From an uncultured archaeon (GTDB taxonomy: Archaea > Aenigmatarchaeota > Aenigmatarchaeia > GW2011-AR5): a stretch of 39,002 nt of DNA. The stretch is taken from positions 1 to 39,002 of the forward strand of contig CAYIKG010000001.1 of assembly GCA_964363955.1 (NCBI GenBank). The letters are read 5' to 3'. Both the position numbers and the translations under genes were made by a program. The notes beneath the pieces were generated by a model. That model did not search any database, had not been told where the DNA came from, and saw only the letters and a program-made list of their open reading frames with translations. Every line of letters begins with the position of its first letter. Within the stretch, counting starts at the first letter, position 1. Shown here piece by piece: positions 1 to 7,751 of the stretch.

Positions 1-1106
1 GTTTTGTTATTGATGGGTACGCAGACAATGCAAAAATTGATTGGGCTTCAGTGGAAGAGGCAGCAGAAACACTGACAAGATTCCTTGACGCAGTTGTCAT
101 CTGGAATGAACTTCTGAATCCACTGGAAAAGCAGAGAAAAGCAGCTTCTGAGACACGAAGATTGGGCATTGGCGTCATGGGCATTGCAGACATGCTGAAC
201 CAATTGGGGATAAGCTATGACAGTGACGAAGCTATAGAATTATGCGAAAAAATAGCCAAGAAAATTGCTAATGCAACTTACAGGGCATCAGCAGAACTTG
301 CAGAAGAAAAAGGACCTTCGCCTATATTTGAATACGAGGCGTACAGCAGGTGCCCATTCTTCAGGGAAGCACTGGACATAGAAACAAAAGAGCTGATACG
401 CAAGAAAGGCTTGAGAAACATTGCAATACTTTCTATTGCACCGACAGGGACGATAAGCAGCGTTGTGCTTGGCTATAAAAATGGCAACAAAAATTACATA
501 GGGGTGTCTGGCGGCGTAGAGCCGGTCTTTGCATTGTTTTATACCCGACGCTCTGAAAGTTTTGGCAACAGGACATTCAAGATATTCCATTCGACTGTGG
601 CTGCGTACATTGACAAGTATGGCCTTATGGAAAAAGCGCAGGAGAGTAATGAAGAAGAACTGAGAAAAATATTGCCAAAACATTTTTTCCGGACAGCACA
701 TTATATCGAGCCAGAACAACGTGTGCGCATACAAGGCATGTGGCAAAGATACATTGACCATTCTATCTCAAGCACGGTCAATTTGCCAGAAGACATAGAT
801 CCTGAGACAATAAGCAATATTTACATGAATGCGTGGAAACACGGCTTGAAAGGTATAACAATATATCGAGCTGGATCGAGGTATCCTATACTGAGCACAG
901 AAAGTGAGCGCAATGAATTCCATCAATACAAAGAAAAGCAGTTCGAAGTCCATATAAACGGGACAAGTGCACTGATGCACGCTGACAATTTCATAACAAT
1001 GCCAAATGGGACACTAACAACGGTCTATCATGCAATAAAAGATGGTACATTAAAAATAGAAGAAGGGGAAAGAGAAATAATTAAAGCCGTAGCGGAATTG
1101 CAATAA
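1..1106 (+). CDS. nrdJ: Class II (adenosylcobalamin-dependent) ribonucleotide reductase paralog, C-terminal part; the 5' end lies upstream of the window
   Basis: Frame 3 is open from nt 3. RRLGIGVMGIADML, ILSIAPTGTISS, GVSGGVEPVFA, STVNLPED and GLKGITIYRAGSR are colinear with the complete NrdJ at 2694-4796. It ends at TAA 1104-1106 with no C-terminal Cys pair. Confidence 0.9.
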   Translation, partial: FVIDGYADNAKIDWASVEEAAETLTRFLDAVVIWNELLNPLEKQRKAASETRRLGIGVMGIADMLNQLGISYDSDEAIELCEKIAKKIANATYRASAELAEEKGPSPIFEYEAYSRCPFFREALDIETKELIRKKGLRNIAILSIAPTGTISSVVLGYKNGNKNYIGVSGGVEPVFALFYTRRSESFGNRTFKIFHSTVAAYIDKYGLMEKAQESNEEELRKILPKHFFRTAHYIEPEQRVRIQGMWQRYIDHSISSTVNLPEDIDPETISNIYMNAWKHGLKGITIYRAGSRYPILSTESERNEFHQYKEKQFEVHINGTSALMHADNFITMPNGTLTTVYHAIKDGTLKIEEGEREIIKAVAELQ

Positions 1107-1120
1107 AACAAATATTTTTG

Positions 1121-1291
1121 TTAGTTTCTGGATAGTTTAATTTTATCAATTGGATATTCGGTAATAACGTCTATAGCATCTGGATAGATTTCTGGGATGC
1201 ATCGAGTTACTTGTTGAAGGTATTCTGGTAATGTGTAGCCTTCTTTCATTTTTCCATCTTTTGTTAAAATATATATTGTAAGAGGTCTCAT
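1121..1291 (-). CDS. Hypothetical 56-aa protein (MRPLTIYILTKDGKMKEGYTLPEYLQQVTRCIPEIYPDAIDVITEYPIDKIKLSRN)
   Basis: Hand-translated ATG-to-TAA ORF, below the ORF-track length cutoff. The palindromic TATA-like ATTTAAAT (1314-1321) lies about 25 nt upstream of its ATG. No family recognised. Confidence 0.35.
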   Translation of the reverse strand: MRPLTIYILTKDGKMKEGYTLPEYLQQVTRCIPEIYPDAIDVITEYPIDKIKLSRN

Positions 1292-1313
1292 GAAAATCGG
1301 ATGTTTTCAATGT

Positions 1314-1321
1314 ATTTAAAT
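1314..1321. promoter_or_regulatory. Palindromic TATA-like box ATTTAAAT, candidate bidirectional promoter
   Basis: It reads identically on both strands. Its centre is about 26 nt from the minus-strand ATG at 1291 and about 25 nt from the plus-strand ATG at 1343, the spacing expected for leaderless archaeal transcripts. Confidence 0.4.
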
Positions 1322-1342
1322 GAAATAGAAGTAAGTGAGATC

Positions 1343-1465
1343 ATGGAAAATTCTGAATCCCAGATGCTGGCGCAGTGTCCGGCATGCGGACAGCGCACGC
1401 TCAAGAGCGAAGCTGGCTGCCACGAATGCATCAATGCTGACTGCGGCTACGGTGTTTGCGATTGA
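1343..1465 (+). CDS. Stand-alone 40-aa Cys-rich zinc-finger peptide resembling the C-terminal Cys-rich tail of class II RNRs
   Basis: Hand-translated MENSESQMLAQCPACGQRTLKSEAGCHECINADCGYGVCD*. Cys spacing is CX2C-X10-CX2C-X4-C-X4-C. In-frame alternative ATGs at 1301 and 1310. It lies 236 nt downstream of the RNR body stop, in a different frame. Confidence 0.55.
   Translation: MENSESQMLAQCPACGQRTLKSEAGCHECINADCGYGVCD
1415..1465 (+). repeat. Direct repeat copy A: intact 3' end of the RNR-tail mini-ORF
   Basis: ggctgccacgaatgcatcaatgctgactgcggctacggtgtttgcgattga. It shares a perfect 19-mer ggctacggtgtttgcgatt (1445-1463) with copy B. Confidence 0.85.
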
Positions 1466-1499
1466 GGAATTTGTTTTAAAATTATTAATTGTGAGTCTA

Positions 1500-1919
1500 A
1501 TGAATATAATGAAAATAGATTACGATGATGAAGCAAAATTATCACCTGATGGACGTATAGATAATCCGAGATTTATGCAAATTAACATAAACGTAGATCC
1601 TTCTATGACGTCTCCTATACGTGAAAAGGGGACGTCTGACGTATATTTTATAACACTACATGGACCACTTTCACTAGCTGATCTAATGAGACTTTCTGAC
1701 TATGCTAAAGGGCGCGGTGCTGAAAATGCCAGACCTTTGTCTGTTCATTCGAGAACTTATTATATGGAAGGTTCTGGCAAAGCTCCTGTAATGTACGGTA
1801 TCATGAGATCTGTGCCTGAAGATCCTAATGATATAAATTGTGTTGATCTATACGGTGGGGAAAGATTTGTCAAAAGATTTTTCCCATCCAAAACTGAAGT
1901 CTTGCATCTAATACCGTAG
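1500..1919 (+). CDS. Hypothetical 139-aa protein (ORFan) between the two RNR-tail repeat copies
   Basis: ATG 1500 is preceded by the A/T-rich TATA-like ttttaaaattatta (1474-1487). Uninterrupted ORF ending at TAG 1917-1919. No motif recognised. The ORF-track start at 1335 overlaps the zinc-finger ORF and is unlikely. Confidence 0.6.
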   Translation: MNIMKIDYDDEAKLSPDGRIDNPRFMQININVDPSMTSPIREKGTSDVYFITLHGPLSLADLMRLSDYAKGRGAENARPLSVHSRTYYMEGSGKAPVMYGIMRSVPEDPNDINCVDLYGGERFVKRFFPSKTEVLHLIP

Positions 1920-1969
1920 CGGTGTCACAAGTGCATCAATCTTGAATTGGCTACGGTGTTTGCGATTAA
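1919..1969 (+). pseudogene. Direct repeat copy B: degenerate relic of an RNR Cys-rich tail 3' end
   Basis: gcggtgtcacaagtgcatcaatcttgaattggctacggtgtttgcgattaa aligns codon by codon with 1415-1465 (GCHKCINLEL-GYGVCD*). One Cys codon is lost (TGC to TTG) and there is a 1-nt deletion. Perfect 19-mer at 1949-1967. Confidence 0.7.
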
Positions 1970-2643
1970 TTCTTGATTCTCTTCTGAACAGCATCGCTTT
2001 GCAGCTCCTTCAATGCATCATTGGCAATCCATTTAGCGCTTTTTGAATCAATTTTTTGTATTTCCTTCGCAGTCTTTATTGACTTTTTCTGCAATCTTGC
2101 ATTTCTCTTTCCTATTTGCCGCAATGCCCAGTTTACTGCTTTTTTCACGTATAACCTTTCATCTGTTGCCTCTCGCTTTATTATTGGAAGAAATTTCTCC
2201 AATTTTCTGTCAGAAATTGTTCGGTCGTTCCACGCATAATATGCCATCAGCGCAAAAGCAGTGCGTTTGACGAATTCTTCTTTTCTTTTACTGTATTCAA
2301 AACATTTCTTATATGCATAAGGTGTTTTTCTAAAAACATTGTTACAAGAAAGATCGACAATGTCCCAGGAACTGCTTTCTGCTGCCCATTTTTCCATATT
2401 TCTTTCGCTGAATTTTTCTGGCTCCTCAACAATGCCAGCGAGTATGCGCGCTTCGTGGGCGCCAGAATCCCAAAGCTGCTGCGCGAGTTCGTGGTTTTTG
2501 CCGATTTTTCTTGCATATTTTCTTAGCTTTGTAACAGATATGCCAAATGCTTTTTCTGTATTTATGCCAAACCTGGCCATGCCTTCGCGATCTCTTTGAT
2601 TGCCCATGGCTTTCAGTTCTTTCATGATTCTCTGGTATTGCAT
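1966..2643 (-). CDS. DNA alkylation repair protein (AlkD-like HEAT-repeat family)
   Basis: 225 aa. FGI..TKLRKYARKIGKNHELAQQLWDSGAHEARILAG...WDIVD...WALRQIGKRN matches the DNA_alkylation family pattern and its typical length. Confidence 0.8.
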   Translation of the reverse strand: MQYQRIMKELKAMGNQRDREGMARFGINTEKAFGISVTKLRKYARKIGKNHELAQQLWDSGAHEARILAGIVEEPEKFSERNMEKWAAESSSWDIVDLSCNNVFRKTPYAYKKCFEYSKRKEEFVKRTAFALMAYYAWNDRTISDRKLEKFLPIIKREATDERLYVKKAVNWALRQIGKRNARLQKKSIKTAKEIQKIDSKSAKWIANDALKELQSDAVQKRIKN

Positions 2644-2664
2644 TAAGAGACTGATTCAATATCC

Positions 2665-2672
2665 TTTAAAAA
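2665..2672. promoter_or_regulatory. TATA-like box tttaaaaa in the 50-nt divergent alkD/nrdJ gap
   Basis: Its centre is about 26 nt upstream of the nrdJ ATG at 2694. No SD motif lies between, consistent with a leaderless transcript. Confidence 0.4.
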
Positions 2673-2693
2673 TCCTTCTGCAATTATTTTATT

Positions 2694-4796
2694 ATGCTTA
2701 CGCAGATAAGAAAACGCGATGGAAGGATTGTGAAATTCCGGAAAGAAAAGATAGCAGCAGCGATACTCAAAGCAGTAGAAGCTAGTGGCGAAAGTGATGA
2801 GAAATTGTCCAATGAAATTGCAGAAAAGGTAATAAAAGAATTTGAGCACAAAGGCAAAAAGTTCATTCCGAGTATTGAGCAAATACAAGACACCATCGAG
2901 AAGGTGCTTGTAGACGAAGGTCATGCAAAAATAGCTAAGGCGTATATTCTTTATCGCCAGAAACGCGCTGAAATACGCGAGGCAAAAGCCATTATAGGCA
3001 TCAAGGATGATTTGAAGCTCAGTATAAATGCTGTAAAGGTTCTTGAGCGCCGTTATCTTCGCCGTGACGAGAACGGCAAGGTCGTTGAAACACCTTCTGG
3101 CATGTTCAGGCGTGTGGCAAAAGCCATTGCACAGGCTGATCTGCTTTACGGCAGCGAAGAAGATGTAAAAAAAAGTGAGAAGGAATTTTATGACATTATG
3201 AGCAGCCTGGAATTTCTTCCAAATTCGCCTTGCCTGATGAACGCAGGTCTGCACGACAATCAGTTGGCTGCGTGTTTTGTCCTTCCTGTCGAAGATTCGA
3301 TGAAAGGTATTTTTGAGACATTGAAGCATGCTTCCTTGATCCATATGACTGGCGGCGGTACGGGTTTCAGCTTTAGCAAGATCAGACCTCGCGGCGATAT
3401 TGTCCATTCTTCAGGCGGAATGGCATCAGGTCCTATGAGCTTTATCCGTGTTTACAATGCAGCGACTGAAGCAACAAAAGAAGGCGGACGTCGGCGCGGC
3501 GCAAACATGGGCATTCTTCGCGTAGACCACCCAGACATCATTGAATTCATAATTTCAAAGGAAAAGGATACATCATTGGCCAATTTCAACCTGAGCGTGG
3601 CGCTAACAGACGAGTTCATGCACAAGGTCGAGGCAGATGAAGATTATAATCTGACAAATCCGCGTACAGACGAGATGGCAAACCGCCTGAACGCGCGGCG
3701 TGTCTTTGATCTGATCGTGACAATGGCATGGAAATGCGGTGATCCTGGAATAATTTTCATCGACCGCATAAATAACAGCAACTCAAACCCGACGCCGGCA
3801 ATAGGGCGCATAGAAGCAACAAACCCTTGCGGCGAAGCTCCATTGCTGCCATACGAATCGTGCATACTTGGCAGCATAAATCTTTCTAAAATGTTAGAGG
3901 ACAAGAAAATTGATATAGACTGGAATAAATTGCGAAAGACTGTTCACATGGCTGTTCATTTTCTTGACAATGTAATTGACGCGAACAAATACCTGCTCAA
4001 AGAAATAGGTAATGTAACAAAAGCGAACAGGAAGATAGGCCTTGGCGTCATGGGATTTGCTGATATGCTGATCAAGCTTAGTATTCCCTATAACTCTGAG
4101 GAAGCGGTAAAGATAGCAGATCGTCTTATGCACTTCATCAACGAGGAGGCAAAAAAAGCTAGTGTAGAGCTTGCGAAGCAACGCGGATCATTTCCCAATT
4201 TTGAGCGCAGCATATGGCCGGGAAAAGGCTACAAGATGCTTAGAAATGCGACAACAACTACCATTGCGCCGACAGGGACGATAAGCATCGTCGCTGATTG
4301 CAGCAGCGGCATCGAGCCATTGTACGCTGTGTCTTACATACGCACTATTATGGATACTACAGATCTCATAGAAGTAAACAAGCAGTTTGAGGCAGTCGCG
4401 CACGAACATGATTTTTACAATGAAACCCTTATGCGCATTATTGCCAGAAAGGGGTCAGTACAAGACATAAAAGAAATACCTGATGAGATCAAGAAGCTAT
4501 TTGTTACAACACATGATATTGCTCCAGAATGGCATGTTCTTGTGCAGGCAGCTTTTCAAAGGCATACAGACAATGGTGTTTCAAAAACAGTTAATTTCCC
4601 GCACGAAGCTTCACTTGAGGATGTGGAAAAGACATACGTGCTTGCTTACAGACTTGGCTGCAAGGGAATTACCATATATCGCGATCGCAGCAAGGAAGAG
4701 CAGGTATTGCATACCCAATTGCTTGCAAAGAAAACAAAGTCAGAGGAATTTGACGAGCGTTTGCTCGAGTTAACACAAGCCTGCAAAACATGTTAG
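2694..4796 (+). CDS. nrdJ: Class II (adenosylcobalamin-dependent) ribonucleotide reductase with N-terminal ATP-cone
   Basis: 700 aa. ATP-cone start (IRKRDGRIVKFRKEKI), NPCGE active-site loop, TIAPTGTIS, GCKGITIYRDRS, and a terminal ACKTC Cys pair. Confidence 0.95.
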   Translation: MLTQIRKRDGRIVKFRKEKIAAAILKAVEASGESDEKLSNEIAEKVIKEFEHKGKKFIPSIEQIQDTIEKVLVDEGHAKIAKAYILYRQKRAEIREAKAIIGIKDDLKLSINAVKVLERRYLRRDENGKVVETPSGMFRRVAKAIAQADLLYGSEEDVKKSEKEFYDIMSSLEFLPNSPCLMNAGLHDNQLAACFVLPVEDSMKGIFETLKHASLIHMTGGGTGFSFSKIRPRGDIVHSSGGMASGPMSFIRVYNAATEATKEGGRRRGANMGILRVDHPDIIEFIISKEKDTSLANFNLSVALTDEFMHKVEADEDYNLTNPRTDEMANRLNARRVFDLIVTMAWKCGDPGIIFIDRINNSNSNPTPAIGRIEATNPCGEAPLLPYESCILGSINLSKMLEDKKIDIDWNKLRKTVHMAVHFLDNVIDANKYLLKEIGNVTKANRKIGLGVMGFADMLIKLSIPYNSEEAVKIADRLMHFINEEAKKASVELAKQRGSFPNFERSIWPGKGYKMLRNATTTTIAPTGTISIVADCSSGIEPLYAVSYIRTIMDTTDLIEVNKQFEAVAHEHDFYNETLMRIIARKGSVQDIKEIPDEIKKLFVTTHDIAPEWHVLVQAAFQRHTDNGVSKTVNFPHEASLEDVEKTYVLAYRLGCKGITIYRDRSKEEQVLHTQLLAKKTKSEEFDERLLELTQACKTC

Positions 4797-4806
4797 ATGG
4801 TTTTTT

Positions 4807-5415
4807 ATGCGAACTAAAGATAAGTCAGCCCCGCCGATAAAGAATGAGCTTGGCCTAATACATGTTTACACAGGCAGCGGAAAAGGCAAGACAACGGCAA
4901 GCCTTGGTCTGGCTATGCGCGCTGTTGGCCATGGCTTCAAGGTTTATGTCATTCAGTTTATGAAAGGTGGCCGTTTTGTCGGTGAATTACTTGCTGCTGA
5001 AAAATATCTGAAAGGCAAAATAAAGTTCGCGCAGTTCGGCCAGTCCACACCGTTCGAAGAAGAAATCAAAAAAGGTGAATTAAAGCCAAGCGTTGATATT
5101 TTCCTGCCTTTTGAGAATGAGAGCGAGCAGATGTATAAGGCCTTGCATTTTGCGCACAAGATAATAAAATCGAGAAAATATAACCTGGTAATACTTGATG
5201 AAATAAATGTTGCTATGAACATGGGTCACATAAAGCCAGAACACGTCCTGCAATTGATGCTTGCAAAGCCGAAGAATATAGAACTAGTACTTACAGGCCG
5301 CAACGCGCCACCTGAGATAATCGACGCGGCAGATTATGTAAATGAAATAAAGCCAGTAAAGCACCCGTTTGACAAAAAGAAAAAGATAATTGGCCGTCGT
5401 GGAATCGAATATTAA
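4807..5415 (+). CDS. cobO: Cob(I)alamin / cob(I)yrinic acid a,c-diamide adenosyltransferase (CobA/CobO/BtuR family)
   Basis: GLIHVYTGSGKGKTTASLGLAMRAVGHGFKVYVIQFMKG plus LDEIN is the signature of the family. It starts 10 nt after the nrdJ stop. Confidence 0.9.
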   Translation: MRTKDKSAPPIKNELGLIHVYTGSGKGKTTASLGLAMRAVGHGFKVYVIQFMKGGRFVGELLAAEKYLKGKIKFAQFGQSTPFEEEIKKGELKPSVDIFLPFENESEQMYKALHFAHKIIKSRKYNLVILDEINVAMNMGHIKPEHVLQLMLAKPKNIELVLTGRNAPPEIIDAADYVNEIKPVKHPFDKKKKIIGRRGIEY

Positions 5416-5439
5416 AACTTTTCTTAATCAGATGTCTAT

Positions 5440-5640
5440 ATGGAAAATAAAACATGTCCAGTTTGTCATAAAGTTATGTACCCGAAGGAGGTAAAGGGAA
5501 TACATATTGACATATGCGACCAGCATGGCGTATTTCTTGATAAAGGAGAGCTCCAGCATCTTGCAGATGAATTCAAGAAAGAGGGCTTTGGCCAGGGTTT
5601 TTCATCGAGTTTGCGCACTCTGTGGAGAACAGACGTATAA
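5440..5640 (+). CDS. Small zinc-ribbon protein (zf-TFIIB-like, CPxC...ID.C...G.FLDKGEL pattern)
   Basis: 66 aa, CPVCHKVMYPKEVKGIHIDICDQHGVFLDKGELQHL. Confidence 0.6.
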   Translation: MENKTCPVCHKVMYPKEVKGIHIDICDQHGVFLDKGELQHLADEFKKEGFGQGFSSSLRTLWRTDV

Positions 5641-5659
5641 GAAATGATTAACTAAAAGA

Positions 5660-5950
5660 ATGAAAAGTAAAAGAATGATTATGCATATACAACACGAGGA
5701 TGATAAGTTCTTTGTCGTTATAGATGGCATCAGAGCTGAATTAATTTACAACGTATACGAAGACAAAATGGACATATTCCACGTGTTCACGCCGCCAGAA
5801 TTGCGCGGCCGCGGCATCGCAGAGCAGCTTGCTTTAGCTGCGTTTGAGCGTGCCAGGGAACAGAAGTTAAAAGTTATTCCTAACTGCTCTTATATAAAAG
5901 ATACGTTTTTGAGCAAGCATCCTGAATTTAAAGATATTGTAGAAGATTGA
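5660..5950 (+). CDS. GNAT-like small acetyltransferase-fold protein (YjdJ/NATD1-type)
   Basis: 96 aa. FTPPELRGRGIAEQLALAAFERAREQKLKVIPNCSYI...KHPEF matches the Acetyltransf_CG-type pattern. Confidence 0.7.
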   Translation: MKSKRMIMHIQHEDDKFFVVIDGIRAELIYNVYEDKMDIFHVFTPPELRGRGIAEQLALAAFERAREQKLKVIPNCSYIKDTFLSKHPEFKDIVED

Positions 5951-5964
5951 ATTATTGTGATATT

Positions 5965-6264
5965 ATGCCTTTGAAAGATGACGTCATGAATGAGCTGAAA
6001 ACAGTCAATGATCCAGAGCTGGGCGTCAACATAGTTGATCTTGGTCTTGTATACGAAGTTGAAGAAAGATCAGAAAAAGACGTATTCATAAAATTAACGC
6101 TGACATCGCCTGCGTGCCCGCTCGGGCCCCAGATAATAGATGAGATAAAGCAGAAGCTTAGTGCCATAGGCCTTACAGCAGAAATAGAAATAACGTTCAA
6201 CCCGCCTTGGGGGCCTGACATGATGAGCGAGGATGCGAAGTTTGAATTAGGTATTATGGGTTAG
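5965..6264 (+). CDS. DUF59/MIP18-family Fe-S cluster assembly protein (SufT/PaaD-like)
   Basis: VNDPELGVNIVDLGLVYEV...LTLTSPACPLGPQIIDEIK. ATG 5965 is preferred; the ORF-track TTG start at 5947 is the alternative. Confidence 0.8.
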   Translation: MPLKDDVMNELKTVNDPELGVNIVDLGLVYEVEERSEKDVFIKLTLTSPACPLGPQIIDEIKQKLSAIGLTAEIEITFNPPWGPDMMSEDAKFELGIMG

Positions 6265-6561
6265 TCATTTTATCGAATATACAGTATAATTTCCATAGTG
6301 CATAGAATATTGGACACGGCACCCAACTGATTTAACGCCTTTTCTTACTGCATTGTCTAATTTTTCAGCGTGCGGGTCGTACACAATCACTTCAGCAACA
6401 AAATATGGCGCACTGCCAATTCTCATGAAAAGAGGGTATTCCAGGTTTCGGTGCAGAAACATAGCAGAATGATCTGTTGGCCATATAACACAATCTTTAT
6501 ACTGCTTTGGTAATTTTTTCTGAATAGATTGTTCGAGATCATTTATCCTATTTTCACCCAT
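6265..6561 (-). CDS. Hypothetical 98-aa protein
   Basis: Clean ORF, convergent with the DUF59 gene with zero spacing. No family recognised. Confidence 0.5.
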   Translation of the reverse strand: MGENRINDLEQSIQKKLPKQYKDCVIWPTDHSAMFLHRNLEYPLFMRIGSAPYFVAEVIVYDPHAEKLDNAVRKGVKSVGCRVQYSMHYGNYTVYSIK

Positions 6562-6582
6562 ATCATATACTCTGTCTGGATA

Positions 6583-6591
6583 TTTTTATAT
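6583..6591 (+). promoter_or_regulatory. TATA-like box tttttatat upstream of the aminotransferase gene
   Basis: Its centre is 25 nt upstream of ATG 6612, with no SD motif. Confidence 0.4.
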
Positions 6592-6611
6592 CACGCACGC
6601 AAATACTTATC

Positions 6612-7751
6612 ATGCACATATCAGAGCGAGAGAAAGAGCTTCCGGACGCAGTGATCGGCGAGCTGATAAAGTTGGCTGCTGAAAAGAGGGGCATTGTTTC
6701 TCTTGGCCACGGTGAGCCGGATTTTGACCTGCCGAAGCCACTGCAAGCTTATGCGAAAAAGATTGCTGGAAAATACAACCATTATGCTCCACCCGGTGGG
6801 GTAAAGGAATTAAGAGAGGGTATTGCTAAAAAATTAAGAAAAGATAACAAAATCCGTGCTGACCCTGAAAACGTAGTAGTCACGTGCGGCTCGCAGGAGG
6901 CGCTCATGCTGGCTGTCGCGTGCTCGTGCGACGTTAGCGAGCAGATAATCATCCCGAACCCGAGCTTTCTTGGCTACCTTCCAACATTGGAATTACTCGA
7001 TGCTTTCCCAGTATTTCTAGAATTAAAGGAAGAAGATAAATGGCAAATAAACCCGGATATTTTAAAAAAATTAATTGACAAGAAAAAAACAACAGCAATA
7101 CTCATAAATACGCCGGCCAATCCAACAGGCACTGTGCTTGACAAAAAGATTTTAGAGGAAATAGCCGACATAGCAGTGGAGCATGACCTTTATGTGTTCA
7201 GCGACGAAGCATACGAGAAAATAATTTATGAAAAAAAGCACACGTCCATTGGCAGCTTTAATGGCATGGAAGATTATGTTGTAACGTTCCAGACATTCTC
7301 GAAGAGCTATGCAATGGCTGGCTATCGCTTAGGCTACGCAGCTGCACCGCCGAAGCTGGCGCAAGCGATTACAAAGACGCACGTATACTCGACGATCTGC
7401 GCGCCTACGTTCTCGCAGATGCTCGGCATAAAGGCACTTTCATTGCCAAAGAAATATATTACAAAGATGGTCGGCGAATACAAAAAAAGAAGAGATTATA
7501 TCCATAAACAGCTGAATGAAATAGGCCTGCGTACAATAAAGCCAGAAGGTGCCTTCTACGCGTTTTCAAATATTGGCAAGAAAAACAGCCAGAAATTCGC
7601 GAAGCAATTGCTCGCAAAAGCTCATGTTGCTGTAGTACCTGGCAGCGAGTTCGGAAGCCACGGCGAATCATTCATCAGATGCTCTTATGCAACAGGACTC
7701 GATAAAATAAAGATTGCTTTGAATAAAATGGAGAAATTCCTAAAGCATTAA
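6612..7751 (+). CDS. Class I/II PLP-dependent aminotransferase (aspartate aminotransferase-like)
   Basis: 379 aa. INTPANPTG, SDEAYEK, and SFSKSYAMAGYRLGY (PLP lysine). Confidence 0.9.
   Translation: MHISEREKELPDAVIGELIKLAAEKRGIVSLGHGEPDFDLPKPLQAYAKKIAGKYNHYAPPGGVKELREGIAKKLRKDNKIRADPENVVVTCGSQEALMLAVACSCDVSEQIIIPNPSFLGYLPTLELLDAFPVFLELKEEDKWQINPDILKKLIDKKKTTAILINTPANPTGTVLDKKILEEIADIAVEHDLYVFSDEAYEKIIYEKKHTSIGSFNGMEDYVVTFQTFSKSYAMAGYRLGYAAAPPKLAQAITKTHVYSTICAPTFSQMLGIKALSLPKKYITKMVGEYKKRRDYIHKQLNEIGLRTIKPEGAFYAFSNIGKKNSQKFAKQLLAKAHVAVVPGSEFGSHGESFIRCSYATGLDKIKIALNKMEKFLKH

Noticed and set aside
1335-1499. GTG-initiated 5' extension of the 1500-1919 ORF
   Set aside because: It overlaps the zinc-finger mini-ORF in another frame and translates to Arg/Ser/Ala-rich filler. 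ATG 1500 has a TATA-like box at the right distance.
2643-3407. 254-aa minus-strand ORF
   Set aside because: It is antisense to the N-terminal third of nrdJ (ATP-cone and catalytic motifs on the plus strand). No motifs, Phe/Leu/Cys-rich shadow frame.
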